From NCBI GenBank assembly GCA_964528155.1, contig CAZGRL010000007.1:8613-72612 (forward strand): a DNA stretch of 64,000 nt, written 5' to 3'. Shown here in pieces: positions 58,727-64,000 of the stretch; position 1 is the stretch's first letter, and every line of letters begins with the position of its first letter. The notes under the pieces were generated by a model. That model was not told the origin of the DNA, ran no database searches, and saw only the letters and a program-made list of their open reading frames with translations. The translations under genes were made by a program, and so were the position numbers. This DNA is from an uncultured Anaerolineaceae bacterium (GTDB lineage: Bacteria; Chloroflexota; Anaerolineae; Anaerolineales; E44-bin32).

Positions 58727-60241
58727 TCAATCGGATTCCACGTCTCCGCCGCCTCCCTCGGTCTCCTGTTCACCGGGAAGTTGGCCGGCTTCGTCCGCCG
58801 GGGGCTCCTCCGATCCTTCAACTTCGGCTTCGGCCTCCGAAGGCTCGGCCGCTTCTTCGCCCGACGGCTCTAGTCCACCAGCCATCTCGACGGTCTCGGC
58901 CGGCTGCTCCTTCGGTTCGCGGGTTTCCGCCGGAGATTCGGCTTGCTCAGCCTCGAGCGCGGCGTCGAAATCCTCGAACTCGGGCTCGGGTGGCTGCTCC
59001 GACTCCTGAGCCGAATCACTCGGAGGCGTCGCTTCTCCCACCGCCGACTGCCAATCCATCTCGGCGTACTCCGGCGAATCGACCTTCTTGAGGCTCAAAC
59101 CAATGCGCCTCCGTTCGCGCTCGACCTTGGTGACACGCAAGGTCAAGACCTGACCCTCTTGGACAACCTCACGCGGGTGCTCGATCCGGCGATCGGACAG
59201 TTCAGAGATATGGATCAAGCCCTCGATGTCGAATTCCTGAATGTCGGACAGTCTTGCGAAGGCCCCAAATTTCGTCAACTTGGTGATCTTGCCTTCGATC
59301 AGCTGCCCTTCCTTCACCCAATCCACGATCCGATCCCATGGATCGCTTTCCAGCTCGCGCAGTGAGAGGCTGATCCGCTTGCGCTCAGGATCGACGTTCA
59401 AGACCTTGACCTTGACTTCCTGACCGACCTCGACCAGCTCGCGCGGATGATCTATTCGCTTCCAGGACATCTCCGACAGGTGGACCAGGCCATCCGCCCC
59501 GCCGATATCCACGAACGCCCCAAAGTCCGCCAGGCTGATCACATGCCCGGTGCGGGTTTCTCCGGGCTTGAGCTCGGCGATCAGACGGTCTTTGAGGGCT
59601 CTCCTGGCCTCTCGGGCGGCCGCCCTCTCCGAGATGATCAGGCGGTTGCGTCGACGGTCGACTTCGATCACCTTGGCCACGATGGGTTCGCCGACCATCT
59701 TCCCCCATCGCCGGTCGGGCGTGTCTCCCTCGGCACGTCGCCGTCGCGATAGGCTCACCTGTGAGGCAGGGACAAACCCTCTCAGGCGGCCGAGCTTCAC
59801 AATCAGGCCGCCCTTGTTGTAGCCAGAGACTTCGCCTTCGAAGGCCTCTTGCGACTCGAGCAGACCCTCGACATCCTGCCAGTCCTTCTCTTCTTCGGCC
59901 CTTACCAGGGAAAGAAGCGTCGTCACATCGCCCCCGGTTCCGGAGCGAACGACGTAGACGGTCACTTCTTTGCCAACTTTAAGCTCGGCGCGTTCTTCTT
60001 CTGAAAGCCCCTCGATCTCCCGGGCGGGGATCAGGCCTTCAGACTTGGCGCCGATATCTACCAGAACATCGCTCCCCGAGATACGGGCGATCGTCCCGGT
60101 GCGGATCTCCCCACGTCGTGGGGTTTCAAGTTCATAGGCCTCCCCTTCAAGGAAGGCATCCATCGGATGTGACTCAGGCTCGGCGGACTGTCCGTCCATC
60201 GATTCTGAACCCTGTCCGATGGTCTCATCATTGTCAACCAT
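58727..60241 (-). CDS. rpsA: 30S ribosomal protein S1 (four S1 domains) with a long acidic C-terminal tail
   Basis: VDIGAKSEG, YNKGGL, GFVPASQ, FGAFVDIGGADGLVHLSEMSW, EGLIHISEL; promoter TTGTCA-17-TATAAT at 60302-60274. Confidence 0.93.
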   Translation of the reverse strand: MVDNDETIGQGSESMDGQSAEPESHPMDAFLEGEAYELETPRRGEIRTGTIARISGSDVLVDIGAKSEGLIPAREIEGLSEEERAELKVGKEVTVYVVRSGTGGDVTTLLSLVRAEEEKDWQDVEGLLESQEAFEGEVSGYNKGGLIVKLGRLRGFVPASQVSLSRRRRAEGDTPDRRWGKMVGEPIVAKVIEVDRRRNRLIISERAAAREARRALKDRLIAELKPGETRTGHVISLADFGAFVDIGGADGLVHLSEMSWKRIDHPRELVEVGQEVKVKVLNVDPERKRISLSLRELESDPWDRIVDWVKEGQLIEGKITKLTKFGAFARLSDIQEFDIEGLIHISELSDRRIEHPREVVQEGQVLTLRVTKVERERRRIGLSLKKVDSPEYAEMDWQSAVGEATPPSDSAQESEQPPEPEFEDFDAALEAEQAESPAETREPKEQPAETVEMAGGLEPSGEEAAEPSEAEAEVEGSEEPPADEAGQLPGEQETEGGGGDVESD

Positions 60242-60640
60242 CCAACGAACCTTTTGCACGAGTTGTCTGGGGCATTATAAGGGCGAACGGGTGTCTTGAC
60301 AACCTTCCGCCCTTTAGTGAAATGAATCTCGGGTTGTCGATGCGCACGACCATCCAGAAATCTCGCCGCGTGCTTGGAGAAGGAATTCATGAGGTCTGAA
60401 TTCAATTCCGCCCTTCGGCGGGCGATCGCGGCCGGTTCCTGAAGCCGTCAAGCCGAGCCAAGATGCTTCCGGCTGAAGGATTCGCCTGACCCAGGGCTGC
60501 ATTGGCCACGGGCCACAGGCATCGGTCACGGCTGCAATACATGCCAGACGACGGCTCGCTCGCCCATCCAGACCTCCCCACAGCCCCGCGCCCGTGCAGG
60601 CGGGATGGTGCGGTATAATCCCGCGCGGAGGTCAGATTCC

Positions 60641-62704
60641 GTGCCCGTTGTTTACCCATTCACCGCCCTTGTCGGTCAAGAACGCATGTGTCGTGCGCTG
60701 ATTCTGAACGCGATCAACCCGCGTATCGGGGGCGTGTTGATTCGCGGAGAGCGTGGCACGGCGAAGTCGACGGCCGCCCGAGGGCTGGCAGCCTTGCTGC
60801 CTGAGGTCAAAGTCGTCGCCGACTGCCGTTTTGGCTGCGACCCCAACCAGCCGACGACCTGGTGCACAGAGTGCCGCGAGCGGGCTGCCCGCAACGAGGT
60901 CCTTCCCGTGCAGATGCGCCGGACCTCGTTCGTCGATCTGCCGGTATCGGCTACCGAGGATCGAGTGGTGGGCACGCTGGACATCGAGCGTGCAATCAAG
61001 GAAGGGGAACGGCATTTCGAGCCCGGAGTCCTGGCCTCAGCCAATCGCGGTCTGCTCTATATCGATGAAGTCAACCTGTTGGATGATCACGTCGTCGATC
61101 TGTTGCTGGATTCAGCCGCGCTGGGAATGAACTTTGTGGAACGCGAAGGGATCTCCTTCAGCCACCCAGCCCGCTACATCCTGGTCGGCACGATGAACCC
61201 CGAGGAAGGCGATCTTCGGCCTCAGTTGCTCGACCGGTTCGCCCTGTCGGTCGAAATTCACGGACTGCAGGATCCGCGCGACCGGGTTGCCATCATGGAG
61301 CGAAATCTGGCATTTGAAGCCGACCCGGTCGGGTTCCGCGAGCATTGGCTGGGCAGGGAGGAGGCGCTCTCGGGCGAAATCTCCCGCGCCCGCGAATCGG
61401 TCGATCGAGTGACGTACTCCAAGCGCGACCTGCTTTCGATCGCTGCGTTGACTTCTTCCCTCCAGGTCGACGGCCACCGGGCCGACCTTGTGATCCTGAA
61501 GGCCGCACGGGCGCATGCAGCCTACGAAGGCCGCAGCGCCATCACCGAACTGGATATCGCCCTGGCGGCCGAGCTCGCCCTGCCGCACCGCCTACGCCGT
61601 GGGCCCTTCCAGCAGGTCGACGTCAATCTGGAAGATCTTCAGGCCCGCATCGAACAGGTTCAGTCGCAGGTGAACGGAGGCGAGAGCGAGGAAGACACGC
61701 CCTCGGAAGACGAGCCGGAGGCGAAAAAAAAAAGACGCCAGCAGGGCGTAGCCCGGGAGGTTTCTGAAGACAAGAAGGAAGTCGGCCAGGCCGAGCCTAC
61801 TCTGCAGACCCCGCCCGAATCGCTCGAAGCCCGCTGGTGGGAAGGGGGGGACAAGGTCAAGACCGGTGAATCCTTCGCCCCTCGTCGGATTGGCGGCTCG
61901 CTCGATCGCCTCACGCGGCACACCCCAGGGCGAAGGACGCTCTCCAGGACAACGCGCAAACGCGGTCGCTACATCATGGCCAGGCCGGCGACCGGCAAGG
62001 TCGACGACATCGCCTTTGACGCGACCCTGCGCGCTGCCGCGCCGCACCAGGTGGAGCGGGCCGAGCAACGGGAGAAGGTCGCCTTCGCCATCGAGCCCTC
62101 CGATCTTCAACGAAAGGTTCGCGTCCGCCGGTCGGCGAATCTGATCCTGTTCGTGGTCGACGCCTCATGGTCGATGGCGGTCGCCGAGCGAATGTCGGCG
62201 ACGAAAGGGGCAATCCTGTCGCTCCTCACCGACGCTTATCAGCGGCGTGATCGTGTCGGATTGGTTGTGTTTCAAAAGGATCGTGCGCTATTGATCTTGC
62301 CTCCGACAAACTCGGTCCAGCTTGCCCAACGCGCGCTGGCCGACATACCGGTGGGTGGTAAGACGCCTCTATCCGCCGGTCTGTCCCTCGCACTCGAAGT
62401 CTTTCTCCAAGAAAAGACGACCCACCCGGACGTCCTACCGCTGATGCTGCTCCTGACCGACGGCGCCGGAAATGTATCCACCGGCAACCTCCCGCCTTTG
62501 GAGGAATCGCTCCTCGTCGCCGATCAGATCCGTGAGGCGGAGATTCGATCCGTGGTCATCAACATGGAGCATGCCGCCTTCGATCAGGGTCTGGCCAAGC
62601 GACTCGCCGAGAGGCTGAACGCGCCGTGCTACACGCTTCAGGAACTGAAAGCGGAGAGCCTGTACCGCACTGTTCGCCAGGAGATCGACACGGGCGCGGC
62701 CTGA
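60641..62704 (+). CDS. ChlD/BchD-like chelatase subunit (ChlI-type AAA+ domain, acidic linker, vWA domain)
   Basis: YPFTALVGQE, GERGTAKST, DEVNLLDDHVVDLLLD, GTMNPEEG, LDRF, FVVDASWSM (MIDAS), GGKTPLSAG, LLTDG; start GTG 60641 (GGAGG; TATAAT at 60614). Confidence 0.9.
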   Translation: MPVVYPFTALVGQERMCRALILNAINPRIGGVLIRGERGTAKSTAARGLAALLPEVKVVADCRFGCDPNQPTTWCTECRERAARNEVLPVQMRRTSFVDLPVSATEDRVVGTLDIERAIKEGERHFEPGVLASANRGLLYIDEVNLLDDHVVDLLLDSAALGMNFVEREGISFSHPARYILVGTMNPEEGDLRPQLLDRFALSVEIHGLQDPRDRVAIMERNLAFEADPVGFREHWLGREEALSGEISRARESVDRVTYSKRDLLSIAALTSSLQVDGHRADLVILKAARAHAAYEGRSAITELDIALAAELALPHRLRRGPFQQVDVNLEDLQARIEQVQSQVNGGESEEDTPSEDEPEAKKKRRQQGVAREVSEDKKEVGQAEPTLQTPPESLEARWWEGGDKVKTGESFAPRRIGGSLDRLTRHTPGRRTLSRTTRKRGRYIMARPATGKVDDIAFDATLRAAAPHQVERAEQREKVAFAIEPSDLQRKVRVRRSANLILFVVDASWSMAVAERMSATKGAILSLLTDAYQRRDRVGLVVFQKDRALLILPPTNSVQLAQRALADIPVGGKTPLSAGLSLALEVFLQEKTTHPDVLPLMLLLTDGAGNVSTGNLPPLEESLLVADQIREAEIRSVVINMEHAAFDQGLAKRLAERLNAPCYTLQELKAESLYRTVRQEIDTGAA
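61724..61733 (+). promoter_or_regulatory. A10 homopolymer, candidate recoding (slippery) site
   Basis: GCG AAA AAA AAA AGA at the AAA+/vWA linker; stops follow within 15 codons in both alternative frames. Confidence 0.65.
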
Positions 62705-62788
62705 GATCGCCCGGACCTGACCCCAGTCAAGAACAATGAGCTAATCCGAAAGTCCGTGGGATTGGGTCCTACGACGGCAGGAGGCGTC

Positions 62789-63193
62789 ATGGCACAACCG
62801 CTTTCTTTCCAGGCAGAGTTGGATGATTCAGTCGAAGTTGCCGAGAAGCGTGTTACGCAGGAATTGCGAGCCGAGGGCTTCGGCGTTCTCACCAGGATCG
62901 ACGTCAAGACAACCTTCACGGAGAAGCTCGGCGAGGATTTCCGGCCGTACGTGATTCTAGGCGCGTGCAATCCTACATTGGCTCACCGCGCCCTGTCAGG
63001 CAACCCTGAAATCGGACTGCTCTTGCCGTGCAACGTCGTCGTCGAGGAGCACGGCCAGGGAAGTCGCGTTTCCATCATCAATCCCGAGACGATGATGAGC
63101 GTGGGCGATCTTTCCACGGATGCACTTGCGTGCGACGTCGCCTCGGAGGCGCGCGCCAAGTTGGAGCGGGTGACGGCAGCGCTCAAGAGGTAA
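62789..63193 (+). CDS. DUF302 domain protein
   Basis: EGFGVLTRIDV, PYVILGACNP, IGLLLPCNVVV; AGGAGG Shine-Dalgarno. Confidence 0.88.
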   Translation: MAQPLSFQAELDDSVEVAEKRVTQELRAEGFGVLTRIDVKTTFTEKLGEDFRPYVILGACNPTLAHRALSGNPEIGLLLPCNVVVEEHGQGSRVSIINPETMMSVGDLSTDALACDVASEARAKLERVTAALKR

Positions 63194-63262
63194 CGACGAG
63201 GGACACCCCAAATTGTCAGCGGAAGAAAGGGCTAGTTTCCGGCGGCGCCGTTCAATGAGGGA

Positions 63263-64000
63263 TCATGGCCGCCGGCCCAGTTTGCGGGCCAATCTCTGAA
63301 GACGGTGCTCGATCTCGGCCGTCGTGTGATCCTTGCGCCAGTCCGCCGGCCAACGGTCCAGGCAAGTAAGACCGGCTTCGGCCCATACGATCGCTTCCTC
63401 GAGATCGCCGGCCTCCCACTCATAGTACTTGGCTAGTTCGATACAAGGTTGCGGGTCGGCTGGTGCCAGTTCGTGCCACGCCTGCCACCCTGAGAGTGCC
63501 TCGCCCCTTCGGCCACGTCGCTTCAGATGAGCCCCGTAGCGGCGCAGGGCCTCGAGCTTGATGGCGCGCTCATTCGCCGAGACGGCCGCCTGCCAGGCCG
63601 ACTCTGCCTCGCCAGTCCGCCCGCTTGTTTGGTGCCAGACAGCCAGCCCCAAGGCCTCGGCGGCTGAAAGGCCTGCCGGATCCTGCAAGCGATGACGGTC
63701 AAGAATCAGGCTGGTGAGGCCGACGAGTGAAAGGATGTCTATGGCGTTGTGGTAAAGCACCCGCGCCATATCGGAAGCATCCCCCGTTCTAAGATAGTCC
63801 AGATACATCGCCGGGATGAGGGACCCCGGAATGTCTTCCTGCGAACGGGAGACACCAAGGACCTCGCGTTCGATGGTTCCGAGAGAGCAGTCCGGCAGGC
63901 TGCGGCGCCACAGGCGTCTGGCAGGGTGAAGTAGGTCGAGCTGAGGCCAGCCCGTGAGCGGCCAGTCTTGCCGCAGCCCCACCCGGTAGCGCATCTCAAG
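63263..64000 (-). CDS. YprB-like RNase H-fold (RNase_H_2) protein with C-terminal TPR; 5' end outside the window
   Basis: LDLLHPARRLWRRSLPDCSLGTIEREVLG, DIPGSLIPAMYLDYL, YHNAIDILSL, LAKYYEW; frame stays open to the window edge. Confidence 0.82.
   Translation of the reverse strand, partial: LEMRYRVGLRQDWPLTGWPQLDLLHPARRLWRRSLPDCSLGTIEREVLGVSRSQEDIPGSLIPAMYLDYLRTGDASDMARVLYHNAIDILSLVGLTSLILDRHRLQDPAGLSAAEALGLAVWHQTSGRTGEAESAWQAAVSANERAIKLEALRRYGAHLKRRGRRGEALSGWQAWHELAPADPQPCIELAKYYEWEAGDLEEAIVWAEAGLTCLDRWPADWRKDHTTAEIEHRLQRLARKLGRRP

Noticed and set aside
60641-62704. Chelatase subunit as evidence of phototrophy
   Set aside because: No bch/chlH/puf genes in the window; ChlD-like proteins also serve cobalt chelation or unknown roles

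Overview
High-GC bacterial chromosomal segment (roughly 63-65% GC by eye). Gene content and protein styles point to Chloroflexota, probably Anaerolineae (inference). Most of it is core genome: a partial NuoE-NuoF fusion, Ser/Thr kinase, lipB, tdh, two deoxynucleoside kinases, spoVS, holB, holA, amrB, a CorC/HlyC-family gene, priA, a lysW-X-Y-Z-J-K operon, dnaA, radA, clpC, rpsA, a ChlD-like chelatase subunit, a DUF302-like gene and a partial YprB-like gene. An accessory galactan-type sugar locus occupies about 33.4-44.9 kb. No rRNA, tRNA, CRISPR array or transposase was seen. Strongest leads: (1) a three-gene operon of unknown function (shortened, degenerate FtsK-like ATPase plus two small proteins) under a consensus sigma70 promoter with two LexA-type boxes; (2) an unannotated Lys-codon leader peptide with terminator/antiterminator in front of lysW; (3) an A10 slippery run in the chlD-like gene that could yield a short I-type and a full D-type subunit; (4) an uncharacterised 611-aa protein plus a zinc-finger microprotein in the galactan locus, where a beta-galactosidase is normally found, with matching activator sites at both divergent promoters; (5) a class A PBP homologue with both catalytic sites degenerate; (6) seven intergenic 24-27 bp-stem palindromes with conserved length and centre but mostly different arms. 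All family assignments come from motif recognition by eye; no database search was run.
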